Assembly (NCBI GenBank): GCA_037384945.1
Contig: JARRNM010000024.1
Location: 5,297-69,296, forward strand
DNA from: Deltaproteobacteria bacterium
Lineage (GTDB): Bacteria > Desulfobacterota > Syntrophobacteria > BM002
Length of the DNA: 64,000 nucleotides
Direction of reading: 5' to 3'
Each line of letters opens with the position of its first letter. Position 1 is the stretch's first letter. Below are positions 36,343 through 46,235 of this stretch, in pieces. The notes beneath the pieces were generated by a model that ran no database searches, was not told the origin of the DNA, and saw only the letters and a list, made by a program, of their open reading frames with translations. The position numbers were made by a program, and so were the translations under genes.

Positions 36343-36645
36343 ATGGTCAGACAGCTTCACAAATATCTGATCGAGCGGCTAACCGCAAGGGGTTTCGCCA
36401 TCGAGCACGTACCAGGTGTGGTGAGAAATGTGCTGCACCTAATTGGTGACGGCGGGGTGTTTACGACTGAGATGGTCAACCAGCAGCTCGAGTTACTGGG
36501 GTGGGGTGCAGACGCGCTTGATGAGACCAGCTTTCAACTCATTGTCTGCATTCTCGAAAGCCAGTTTGACTATAAGGTCAGCCACTACAGCATCAACCAA
36601 GAAAAAAAGGGAGCGGAAGAAGGCCCAAAAACCTATATGATGTGA
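36343..36645 (+). CDS. hypothetical protein
   Basis: 100 aa from the ATG preceded by GGAGAG. The ORF track starts it at TTG 36319. Confidence 0.45.
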   Translation: MVRQLHKYLIERLTARGFAIEHVPGVVRNVLHLIGDGGVFTTEMVNQQLELLGWGADALDETSFQLIVCILESQFDYKVSHYSINQEKKGAEEGPKTYMM

Positions 36646-36914
36646 ATGCAGGTCATGATACGCCGGGAACTGCCCAAGGTGGCCAGCCTTCCCGAAATAG
36701 GGGTTTATGACCAGACAGATTCCGAACTTTTCAAAAGAATACGCTTGGTTGAGGGGCTCTCACCGTTTCTCCGCGGTCATTAAGTCCTGTAGTGGCATCA
36801 GTTGCCTTTTGTGGCAGGCGTGTGAGAAGGACAACCGATTTTTCAGGTGCCTGGGTTGACTTTGTGGCTATTCGAAAGCCCTGTGTCCTAGGGAATCGAA
36901 CATGAGGGGTTGCC

Positions 36915-37328
36915 ATGTTGGACTGTTGTTCGGTATCAGAGGAAGAGTTAAAGAGATATTTAGCAGTCGGGACGATGATTTACGAAGATGAGAGCAGGTT
37001 TGGCGAAGCATGTGAACTGTATGGGCCAGATATCCCATTGGCATTTCTTGTAACTTTACTTAGGAAAAAGTACGAAAGCTGGAAGCAAATTGCTGATGAA
37101 TTGCAATATGGTAGAAACAGCTCTTTTCTAGCATTGGACAGTGACTATATGTACAAGTTAAAAACAGCTTGTTATTTGATTGAGAGAATCGGTTTCCTAG
37201 CCTTCAAGCCCATATGCGATTCTATAAATATTGAAACTGCAACAGCTTTGTTTATAGGTATTACGAGAAATGGTTATACAGATTGGCAGGAGGCAATCTC
37301 TGTTTTACGTAATTCTGATTTTTTCTGA
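36915..37328 (+). CDS. hypothetical protein in AT-rich islet
   Basis: 137-aa ORF. Base composition is visibly more AT-rich than the surrounding genes. Confidence 0.45.
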   Translation: MLDCCSVSEEELKRYLAVGTMIYEDESRFGEACELYGPDIPLAFLVTLLRKKYESWKQIADELQYGRNSSFLALDSDYMYKLKTACYLIERIGFLAFKPICDSINIETATALFIGITRNGYTDWQEAISVLRNSDFF

Positions 37329-37399
37329 AAAGGGAAATAACTATAAACTATAGTAAGCCGTTCCAGTATTTACCCTGTTACTTGCATCATCAGAGGACA

Positions 37400-37600
37400 G
37401 GGTGAAAATCCCGAAGTCCAAATTTCAAATTACAAACAAATTCAAAATTTCAATTCTTCGATTTTCAAAATATTCATACTTGCATTCAATATTGGTTTTG
37501 AATTTTGCATTTAGGTAATTGAAATTTGTGTGGGATTTGGTGCTTGGGAATTGGGATTCATGCCGACTAGGGTAGGCCACCGCTCCTGCCGTGAGCCGAC
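37400..37600. repeat. intergenic word-chain repeat region
   Basis: AAATTTCAAAT/AATTCAAAA words in inverted arrangement, the reverse complement of the CCCAAATCCCAAGCACC module, and a degenerate GC hairpin. Confidence 0.8.
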
Positions 37601-37639
37601 CTGAGACGATCTACCCAGAATGAACCCTTAGGGGAAGAA

Positions 37640-38248
37640 ATGAAATTAACCACCCAGGGGAATTCGCGAGTCTATCAGTTCAAGATAGTGCTGGATGGAA
37701 TTAAGCCTTTGATATGGAGACGAATACAGGTCCCGGGAAAATACTCATTCTGGGACCTGCACGTGGCCGTCCAAGATGCAATGGGTTGGCAGGACTATCA
37801 CCTCCATAGATTCGAAATCCCTGACCCGCTGTCGGGAGTGAGAACAACCATAGTGAGCTTTCCGACTGAGGCGTCCAAAGGGAACAGTAAATTTTTATCA
37901 GGATGGAAGGTTAAGATGGGCCATTATTTTACCATGGCAAACAATAAGGCGTGGTACGCCTATGACTATCTCTACGACAATTGGAATCACAGATTAACCC
38001 TAGAAGGGATATTCCCGAGAGAAGAGGGGACCGGGTATCCCCTTTGCCTGGACGGCAGGCGAGCCTCCCCTCCGGAAGACTGTGGCGGGGTGCAAGGGTA
38101 TTACAGGCTTCTAGGAAACATCAACAGACAAGATCAAAAGCACAAATCAAGATTGGCCGGCGGAGCCTACGACCCGGAAGCGTTAAACATTGATGAAATC
38201 TACTTTGACAACCCCGCAAGGCGGCTAGATCTCTCCTTCAATAGATAG
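37640..38248 (+). CDS. pRiA4b ORF-3-like family protein
   Basis: YQFKIVLDGIKPLIWRRIQVPGKYSFWDLHVAVQDAMGWQDYHLHRFEI is the hallmark N-terminal signature of this family. Confidence 0.8.
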   Translation: MKLTTQGNSRVYQFKIVLDGIKPLIWRRIQVPGKYSFWDLHVAVQDAMGWQDYHLHRFEIPDPLSGVRTTIVSFPTEASKGNSKFLSGWKVKMGHYFTMANNKAWYAYDYLYDNWNHRLTLEGIFPREEGTGYPLCLDGRRASPPEDCGGVQGYYRLLGNINRQDQKHKSRLAGGAYDPEALNIDEIYFDNPARRLDLSFNR

Positions 38249-38305
38249 AATACAGTTAATGGAGGATAAACTTCCAACTCTCAAGGCAGAATGGTTCAAA
38301 GGAGC

Positions 38306-38342
38306 CTAACTTACTTAACTTACTTAAATTACTTAACTTACC
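38306..38342. repeat. short tandem word repeat
   Basis: AACTTACTTAACTTACTTAAATTACTTAACTTACC. Confidence 0.8.
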
Positions 38343-38392
38343 CCTTGCCCCCGCAGTCAGTCCTGGGGGGTAGGGGAAACCAGCCGACACGC

Positions 38393-39631
38393 TCAATCAA
38401 GGCGCATCTGTGTTTTGTCATCCTCCTGGATTACCTTTGCGACTGCCTTTGTCTTTTCAGAGATCAACTCCCATTCAGCTTTTAACCGCCGCAGCAAATT
38501 GTTCCACCGGACGAGTTCGTCCTTTTTCGGGTCCGGCTTGTAGCCAAGAATCGATTGATAAAGGCGGACTAATCGGTCCGCAGAGGTTTGGCGGGAGAAA
38601 CGATCTGCTGTCTTCAAAGCCTCCTTTTGCCACTCTTTTGCCCGGGTCGCATCTTGGGTGAAACAGTGAAGAGCTTGGGCAAAGGATTGCGGGGAGGCGG
38701 TTTCTGCAAGCAAGCGTCCATTTTTCCCGTCTTGCACAACCTCCCGCGCTCCTGAGGCATCGAGAGCGATTACCGGTGTGCCGGCAGCCATGGCTTCCGT
38801 CAGGACCATCCCCTGGGTTTCAGACTTGGAGCTGAAGACGAAGAGGTCCATGGCCCTGTACACATCAGCCAGGTCTTGGCCGGTGACTATTCCCAACATA
38901 AGTAACTGCTCACTCAGGGATCTATCGGCGAAGATCCTTTGAATTTCCTTCTTGCTGGGGCCGCTGCCAGCCACGACGAAGAAAGCTTTGCGATTGCTCT
39001 CCAGGAATAGAGCTACCGATTCTGCCAGATATCTGAGGTTTTTTTCCGGTGCCAACCGCCCCAGATGGCCGATGACCAGGGCATCCTGGGGGATCCCGTG
39101 GGTTTGACGGATTTTCTCTCCCCGGCCTTTATTGAAAAACTGGATGTCTACCCCCGTGGGAATCTCTTCAATGACAGTTTCAACCCCTCGTTTACGAAGC
39201 AAACTGGCAACACTGAGGCTAGGTGCCACCACTCTGGTGCAATGATTGGCATACTCGGTGGAGAGTTGAATTACGAAGCGTCGCAGGGTTTCGGAATCCA
39301 AAGGAACGTAATGGGTATATTTTTCGTACAGGGTGTGATGGGTGAAGACCAGTGGCATGTCATGTGTCCGGGACGACCGGATGGCTGCATCTCAAATCAA
39401 ATAGGGATGGTGGCTGTGAATTACGTCCGGTGCGAACTGGTCTATTTTGTCATGGATTACAAATGGATGAGGAATGCGGAGTCCTATGGAGTCGATTTCC
39501 TCATGAAAAGTGGGAGCAATAACCAGAACCCTGTGACCTAGGCGGCACAGATCTTCCGCAAAGGTCGCAACCGAGCGCGCCACCCCACCCACGTGGGGAA
39601 GATAAGTATTGGTGAACATGCAGATATTCAT
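38393..39631 (-). pseudogene. GT4-family glycosyltransferase interrupted by an in-frame TGA
   Basis: ORFs 39392..39631 and 38393..39358 are in the same frame. The read-through gives HSHHPYLI*DAAIRSSRTHDMPLVFTHHT, continuous with GT4 N-domain consensus. Confidence 0.8.
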
Positions 39632-39694
39632 GGAAGCAAGTCCTCGCTAACCACTGAGCACACAGCCTACGGCCCGGAGGGAAGACCGCAAGGA

Positions 39695-39862
39695 TAAAAT
39701 CCCAAATCCCAAGCACCAATTCCTAGGGTTTCAGGTTTAAGCGTTCAGGTTTCAGGGTTTAAATTTAGTCTTTGTGTTGTTTCTTTCTGACACCTGAAAC
39801 CTGACACCTGACACCTCAATTTGAAATCCGAATTCTCAAATCTCAAATTTCACATCTCACCT
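39695..39862. repeat. intergenic word-chain repeat region
   Basis: AAATCCCAAATCCCAAGCACC module, GGTTTCAGG words with inverted CCTGAAACC/CCTGACAC words, and AAATCCGAATTCTCAAATCTCAAATTTCAC. Confidence 0.85.
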
Positions 39863-39864
39863 CG

Positions 39865-42127
39865 CTACAACGGTTGCAGCGGATAGGATCCGCTAGTACC
39901 CGTAATCGTTTGCGCTTGGTACCCCGGCACCTTGATCTCCACCTCCGGTGATTCATCATACCAGGAGACCTCCAGCTGCAGCTCCGGTATATCTCCCTCC
40001 AGGCGCAGAGTTACACTCACCCGACCGTAGGGTGTGAGGGTCGGTCCAAACCGGAGTTGTTCTGCCGATTCCAACCATTCGGGAAAAACTCCAGATGCCA
40101 ATATGAGCCTGTCTGCCTCCTCGCGGACGAAGAGGTTGCGCATCATCATCACCCACTCCGCAGCGGCCCAGCCGTGCTGCCCGTCACCCATACAGCCTCC
40201 TCCGGTGATGGGGTGGATCGCCTCCGGCCACTGGCCGGTTGACGATGCCAGTGCCGCGACGCTCTCTATCAGTCTTTTGTAGCGAGAGTCGTTGCATCTG
40301 AGCAGCGATTGGGCGATGGACAAAGTCAGATATGGATTGATCCCCGAATGGATCATGTCCTGGAAGAAGCCACCGGAGTGGAAACACTGCTCCATGAGAA
40401 AATCGATGGTGTTTATAATTCTCGCCTCATCAGGCTTGGTAAGCTGCAGGGGGTAATCTGCTACCAGCGAACCGACGGCAGCAGCGTCCAAGCGGCGGTT
40501 TGGTGATGCGGGGATGCCTCCACGGCTTCTTGGTTGTGGAATCGCCTGAATGCTGGCAAACAGAGTATTTTCGAAATCGGAGGCAAGAGCTTCTATTTCT
40601 TCTTTCTTTGCTGATGAATGGAATATGCCGGCAAGGCGAGCAGCGCCTCTGAGACCGGCAATAGCCCAGAAATCATCCCAGTAGTAGTAATCGTTGGGGC
40701 CAAAGTGTTCAGCGCTGAAACCAGCAGGGAGAAGACCAGGGTGCTGCGCACTTTTTTCCCTGGGAACCCTTTTCTTCCTGATCCAATTTACCCCCTTGAG
40801 AAGGGCTTTCATCCAGCCGTCATCGAGGTTGCGCCTGCTCAGTCGCTGAAATCTGTCAAAGATCCACAGCACCTGTCCGTTTGAATCCCACTCGCCTTTC
40901 TGGGACTGAAAATAGCCGGAACGCTTTTGTCTGGAGAGAAAGCCGGTCAGCAAGCGGTGGCATCTCTCGGTTAATCCTAGTGCCAGGAGCCCATTGATCA
41001 TAAGGCAACCGTCCCGAAACCAGAAACGTTTATAGGTGTAAGGACCGGGAACCGGGTCAGCGGCCGAGAGGAGTACCAGGGTGCTCACCGCTGCCTCAAA
41101 GAGGAATTGCATCTTGGCATCCGGTATATTCAAGGTCGCGGTTTCGGCCAGACAGCCCGCCCAGGTCTGTCGCGGTCCGCGAATAGTTTCGCTTTTTGGT
41201 TGAATCTCCGGGCTCAGGGGTATGCTGATTTCGATCTTTTTATCATGGTTGTCGGTCAAGGGAAAAAGAGCGGCAGCGGTGGCCATGCCCACGGCACAAT
41301 CGACTTGCAGGTCTGATTCAGACTGGTACAGCTTGTGGATAACGTCGCCTTCGTCATAGTTGGAGAATAACATGCGCTCGGGACGCTCGCTCATCTTTAA
41401 CAACCTTTCTTTATTTACCAGCAATCCGGGGTGTTGTTCCACAAAGGCAATCTCCTCGATAAATTGAATCCCTTCCGGATTGTAAGGGCGGATTGAAACG
41501 GCGAGCCATCCCTCATCCTGCGACCTGCCCGTGATCTTTAGGGTCAGGTGCGGGGTGAGCCCTGAAAATTCGACTGCTGCAGCAGACTCCAGTTTCTGGT
41601 TATGCAGGTGACAGAGGGTTCTAACCAGAAGATTTGGTGATAATTCCAGCTGCTGCTCCACCTCCGGTAGTCGAGAGGGAAACAACCTTTTCCCATTGTT
41701 GGAGATAATCCAGAAGTCAAGGGACCAGCCGTCATAGAAAGGCGTAACTAACCCACGGGGATCGACAATTGGGTAGACAGGCAAGTCAGGCTGGCCAACG
41801 GCAGTCCAATTTCGGTGCGTCAGGTTAACGCAGGTTAACGTGACTAAAAGAAAAAGCCCTGGGAATAAAGGAGGGGTCGAAGGGATTGAACTGTTTTTCC
41901 ACCCAGTAAGGCCATAACCAATCGAGGTTGTTCTGTATTGCCTTGGTATTGATCAGCCCTCGGGCGTGAAAGATAATTCCGGCCCGCAATAATTCCATGG
42001 GCTCCTGCACCTCCGAAGGCTGGGCAAATCTACGCAATCGGGCCAGGAGAGAAACCGGGTCAATGACGCCGTAGGAACGGGCGGCCCGTTTGAGCAGAAA
42101 TTTCCATGGTATCCAGCGGGTGATCAT
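39865..42127 (-). pseudogene. GH15-like (alpha/alpha)6-barrel glycoside hydrolase split by a 10-bp tandem duplication
   Basis: ORFs 41825..42127 and 39865..41784. Removing one CAGGTTAACG copy restores ...FSHVNLTHRNWTAVGQPDLPVYPIVDPRG. The catalytic-domain-like sequence YKRFWFRDG is present. Confidence 0.8.
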
Positions 42128-42327
42128 AGTTCAAATCCGTTAGTCAAATCGTTGAAACCGTTCAAGTCGTAAAAGTCGTAGAAATCGTTCAAGTCGTAGA
42201 AATCGTAGAAATCGTCTATTTAGCTCACAGCTCACAGGGGCAAAACTGCCGAATAACGAATAACTAATAAGGGATAACGACACTGCGAGCTGCCAGTTGC
42301 CAGCAGCGAGCTGTCTTCCGTCGGCTG
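42128..42327. repeat. intergenic word-chain repeat region
   Basis: GAAACCGTTCAAGTCGTAAAAGTCGTAGAAATCGT (near-identical to nt 60-95), AGCTCACAG words, AATAACGAATAAC words, GCTGCCAG words and TGTCCTC. Confidence 0.9.
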
Positions 42328-42804
42328 TCATCTGTCCTCTGACTCCCCACCCTCTTCAGGTGGAACTTGGATTGACAGCACCGGACAGGGGGCCATTCTT
42401 ATTACCTTTTCAGCCACAGAGCCGAAGAGAAAGCGTCGCCAGCCCGTAAGCCCATGAGTTGCAATCACAATAAGGTCTGCATTAACCTTATGGGCGGTGG
42501 TGACGATTTCATCAGCAGGGTTTCCAAGGACGACCATCTTGCGTGAAGTGATCTCAGCTGCAACCCTTCCCAGCGCAACTTTATCCAGCGATTCATTGGC
42601 CGTGGCTTCTATCTCCTTGAGATATGAAATGCCAACGGCCCCCGCAGGTGCGTCGTAGGCGGGTAAGAGCGGGACTGGGGGTATTGCGTGTACAAGAATA
42701 AGTTCGGCAGAGAAATGCAAAGCCAGTTCAGCAGCTGTACTTAAAGCCTCGTAGGATGCGTCACTGAAGTCGGTGGGCCAGAGAATCCTTCTCAAAGGCA
42801 ACAT
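42328..42804 (-). CDS. universal stress protein (UspA family)
   Basis: ILWPTDFSDAS ... IVIATHGLTGWRRFLFGSVAEKV. Confidence 0.85.
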   Translation of the reverse strand: MLPLRRILWPTDFSDASYEALSTAAELALHFSAELILVHAIPPVPLLPAYDAPAGAVGISYLKEIEATANESLDKVALGRVAAEITSRKMVVLGNPADEIVTTAHKVNADLIVIATHGLTGWRRFLFGSVAEKVIRMAPCPVLSIQVPPEEGGESEDR

Positions 42805-42905
42805 GTACTCACCTCCTTTATGGTCATCGGCAGGACGACCGCTCTTTAAAGGATGGAATGATTTTTGTGATTATCTAAGTGATCCTTGGTCAACATGTAA
42901 CCCTC

Positions 42906-43637
42906 TTAACTGCACATCTCCTGCAACCTGAGAGCGTCCTGGGCAGCATACCCCGCTTCGTCGTTGTCAAAATAGCAGAAAATTTCTTTGCCCTGTTTTG
43001 CCCAGGTGGAAAAGGCGGTTGCCCAGTCGGCAAGGACATTGGTGTCGTACTGACCCCGATATGCTTCGCCGGGTCCGTGCAGCCGGACATAGACAAAATC
43101 CGCCGTAACTTCTTTGGGAGAAAGCATGCCGGCCAGTTGATAGATGCAGAAAGCTGACCCGCGTTTCGCCATCATCTCGTAGGCACGTGCATCGAACCAG
43201 CTCAGGTCTCTAAACTCGAAGGCATAGCGATAGTCATGGGGCAACGAGTCCAGGAAGTTACTCAACCTTTGGGGATTGAAGCGCCAACGAGGGGGCAACT
43301 GAAAGAGGATAGGCCCTAATTTGTCCCCCAGCACTTCCACAGCTTCCAGTAAGGTGTGCAAGGGTTCACTCGAATCCTTTAGTTTTTTCATATGGGTGAT
43401 ATAACGGCTGGCCTTAACGGCGAAGATAAAGCCAGATGGGACACTGTTTCCCCAGGAGGTGAGGGTTTCTTTCTTGGGCAGTTGATAGAAGGAATTGTTT
43501 ATTTCCACGGTTTGGAAGTAGTCGGCATAATATCTGAGGAATTCCTTTTTGGCCATTTCATTTGGGTAAAAAGATCCTTGCCAATGGGAGTAATGCCAAC
43601 CGGAAGTACCAATGTGGATCCTTTTCGAGGATTTCAT
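42906..43637 (-). CDS. DUF72 family protein
   Basis: IHIGTSGWHYSHWQGSFYP and FEFRDLSW signatures. Confidence 0.85.
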   Translation of the reverse strand: MKSSKRIHIGTSGWHYSHWQGSFYPNEMAKKEFLRYYADYFQTVEINNSFYQLPKKETLTSWGNSVPSGFIFAVKASRYITHMKKLKDSSEPLHTLLEAVEVLGDKLGPILFQLPPRWRFNPQRLSNFLDSLPHDYRYAFEFRDLSWFDARAYEMMAKRGSAFCIYQLAGMLSPKEVTADFVYVRLHGPGEAYRGQYDTNVLADWATAFSTWAKQGKEIFCYFDNDEAGYAAQDALRLQEMCS

Positions 43638-43741
43638 CGTATTCCCGGAAACCTGATCTTTCCTCGCATAAAGATATTCCGAACAAAACGACTCAGGTTT
43701 TACTGGTAAGTATTGAGTATTCAGGTGTCAGGTTTTGCCCG

Positions 43742-44128
43742 CTATTTTGAGCGCTTATCCTTACGGGATAGGATTGTTCCCACCAATTTTACAATCTCAC
43801 GTAAGGTTGTCGAACCCTTTACCAGGAAGAAATCGGCCCCATATTGCAAGGCGGCATCCCGATATTCAGGAAAGTCATAACCTGTTAGGATCAAAATGAC
43901 AACATCAGGATATAATCTCTTGATTTCTTTCGTCAGTGCCAGACCGTTATCGTCACCCAAACTAATATCCATGAAAATGATCGCAGGGCGTGAGGAATTG
44001 ATCTCGTGAAATGCCTGCTTACCGTTTGCCGCCTCCCTAATGACCACAGAAGGAAATCGCGAGGCCAAACTGGAGCTCAGTTTGTTCCGGATCCTTGCGT
44101 CGTCTTCTACTATTAATACTCTAGGCAT
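43742..44128 (-). CDS. single-domain response regulator (CheY-like receiver)
   Basis: VLIVEDD ... IIFMDISLGDDNG ... ILTGY ... FLVKG. Confidence 0.85.
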   Translation of the reverse strand: MPRVLIVEDDARIRNKLSSSLASRFPSVVIREAANGKQAFHEINSSRPAIIFMDISLGDDNGLALTKEIKRLYPDVVILILTGYDFPEYRDAALQYGADFFLVKGSTTLREIVKLVGTILSRKDKRSK

Positions 44129-44467
44129 GCGGACCTCTTGACTTCGCCCAAGAGTATGTTACTGGTCACCGGGCTTTCTCAGGATTCACCCTTTAGTCTG
44201 TGTTTAAACTCTAGTGGAATGCCTAGAATCTTCATATGGGTTATAGACTGTATTTATTCACTTCGGCTGCGGCATTCTGGGATGTGGTCCTTGGGAGAGT
44301 CAATATGCCCATTGGGAAGTGAGAGAGATTTTCCTCTTGCTAATTAAATTTAGCTTACCTAAACTAGCAGAAATAGAAGGATAAGAAGCCTGAAAAAAGA
44401 GCAGTAAATAGTTGGATATGGAACAAGGCCTTCTACAGATTCCTTCAGAATATTTTGGAGAGATGAT

Positions 44468-45133
44468 ATGGAGGGGAAAAAAAGAATTGCCATTGCCGAG
44501 GACCACAGGATACTCAGGGAAGGACTAAAGTCTCTGCTGGCATCGCAGCCTGAAATCGAGGTGGTGGGTGAGGCTGAAGACGGCCTTGATGCCATCAGGC
44601 TGGCAAGAGATACCAAGCCCGATTTACTTTTGCTCGACCTCTCCATGCCGAGGCTTGACGGTTTGTCGGCTATGAGGGATATCAAAAAAATTTGTCCCGA
44701 GACGAAAATCCTGGCCTTGACCGTCCACACGGATGAGGAATACGTATTGGAAGCCTTTAACGCAGGAGCGGATGGCTATTGCTTAAAAGATGCCGGTCGC
44801 ATGGAATTGCTAATGGCCATCCAAAGTGTCTTCTCTGGGAACCCTTATTTCAGTCCCGGAATTGCCGATAAAGTGCTGGAGGGTTATCTGGAAGGGAGGC
44901 AAAAAATAAAGTCCACTTCCTCGTGGGAAACCATTACCCGGAGAGAGAGGGAGGTGCTCAAGCTCATTGGTGAGGGATATAAAAATAAGGACATTTCTAA
45001 CTTACTTTGTATCAGCGTGAAGACCGTAGAAAAACATAGGTCAAACATCATGAAGAAGTTGGATCTGCACAACGCAGCCGCCCTCACCGCTTATGCTATT
45101 GACAAGGGCTTGGTCATCAAGGAGGGTAGCTAA
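44468..45133 (+). CDS. NarL/LuxR-family response regulator
   Basis: IAIAEDH ... LLLLDLSMPRLDG receiver domain plus a LuxR helix-turn-helix (ITRREREVLKLIGEGYKNKDIS). Confidence 0.9.
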   Translation: MEGKKRIAIAEDHRILREGLKSLLASQPEIEVVGEAEDGLDAIRLARDTKPDLLLLDLSMPRLDGLSAMRDIKKICPETKILALTVHTDEEYVLEAFNAGADGYCLKDAGRMELLMAIQSVFSGNPYFSPGIADKVLEGYLEGRQKIKSTSSWETITRREREVLKLIGEGYKNKDISNLLCISVKTVEKHRSNIMKKLDLHNAAALTAYAIDKGLVIKEGS

Positions 45134-46235
45134 GAGATAGGGGCCATGAGGCCTTGACTACTGTTCCCTCTTCCCTCTTGGACCTGATCGTAAAAGAGCC
45201 ACCTAAAAATTCCGTTCGCTCTTTCATCCCGTCCAGACCCATGCCTGTCCCCGGTTCCCCCTGATGAAACAGAGTCGCCGCATCAAGTCCTATGCCGTTG
45301 TCCGCAATGGTCAGTTCCAACCTCTCTTCAGTACGCCGCAAAGAAACGCGCACGGTGTCCGCCTCACTGTGTTTGGCCGCATTGTTCAGAGCTTCCTGGA
45401 TAATTCTGTAGATGGCAATCTTCAGGGGAGCGGCCACTTCATCCTCTCTTACCTCTATATGCTTTTCGATCTTGATGGAGTCGTACAAACCCTCAAACTG
45501 ACGAAAAAACCAGTTGATGGTGGCCAGAATGCCCAGATCATCCAGAATCGACGGACGTAAGTTGCTGCTTATGCGCCGGGTCTCTTCGACTGTCTCTTGG
45601 GCCATGGACAAAACTTCTTTTAGCTGAATGGCTTGCTCATCGCTCACACTGTCGATCGCCTCCTCCAGAGCGTAAATGATGGCAGTGAGGCTCGCTCCGA
45701 TGCTATCGTGGAGTTCCCGGGCAATGAGTTCTCTCTCATCCTCTTGGGCTTCGATGAGCTTTGAGGAGAGAAGTCGCAGCTGCATTTCCGACTTTCTCAG
45801 CAAGGCCAAATTTTTTTCGCGATCGAGAGCGTAGCGAATGGAACGCTTGAGAACAGGGGCGGTTAACCGCTCTTTTTCCAGATAGTCGGCTGCGCCGTCC
45901 TCCATGGCTTTCATATCCAAATCGTGGTTGCCATAGGCACTAAGCAGGATCACTGGTGTAGTGGAGTCCTCCAGTCGTAGCCACCGCAGAAATTCCAAAC
46001 CGCTGTGCTCTCCCAGGCGGTAGTCAACCAAAATAACTTGATGTCTCCCAGACTTGACGACGTGCTGTGCCGCCTTATAAGTGGAGGCCCAGTGCAGTTC
46101 GAAATTTGCCCAGTCAATCTCGGACAAGAGATTTCGGATGATCACGTAGTCATCCTCGTCGTCATCGACCAAGAGGAGCTTGATCGGTTGATCGTGCATG
46201 CTGGTCTCCAATTGTCCAGAGCGGAGGTTCGACAA
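45117..46235 (-). CDS. hybrid receiver-HisKA_3-HATPase_c histidine kinase
   Basis: N-terminal receiver (LLLVDDDEDD ... ILVDYRLG), H-box ERELIARELHDSIG, and HATPase motifs (DNGIGLD, GMGLDGMKER). A possible alternative start is at 46199. Confidence 0.85.
   Translation of the reverse strand: MSNLRSGQLETSMHDQPIKLLLVDDDEDDYVIIRNLLSEIDWANFELHWASTYKAAQHVVKSGRHQVILVDYRLGEHSGLEFLRWLRLEDSTTPVILLSAYGNHDLDMKAMEDGAADYLEKERLTAPVLKRSIRYALDREKNLALLRKSEMQLRLLSSKLIEAQEDERELIARELHDSIGASLTAIIYALEEAIDSVSDEQAIQLKEVLSMAQETVEETRRISSNLRPSILDDLGILATINWFFRQFEGLYDSIKIEKHIEVREDEVAAPLKIAIYRIIQEALNNAAKHSEADTVRVSLRRTEERLELTIADNGIGLDAATLFHQGEPGTGMGLDGMKERTEFLGGSFTIRSKREEGTVVKASWPLSLSYPP

Noticed and set aside
39392-39394. 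The in-frame TGA in the GT4 gene read as selenocysteine or a reassigned codon.
   Set aside because: GT4 enzymes have no known Sec site there, I saw no SECIS-like hairpin just downstream, and TGA terminates many neighbouring genes. A nonsense mutation or a sequencing error is more likely.
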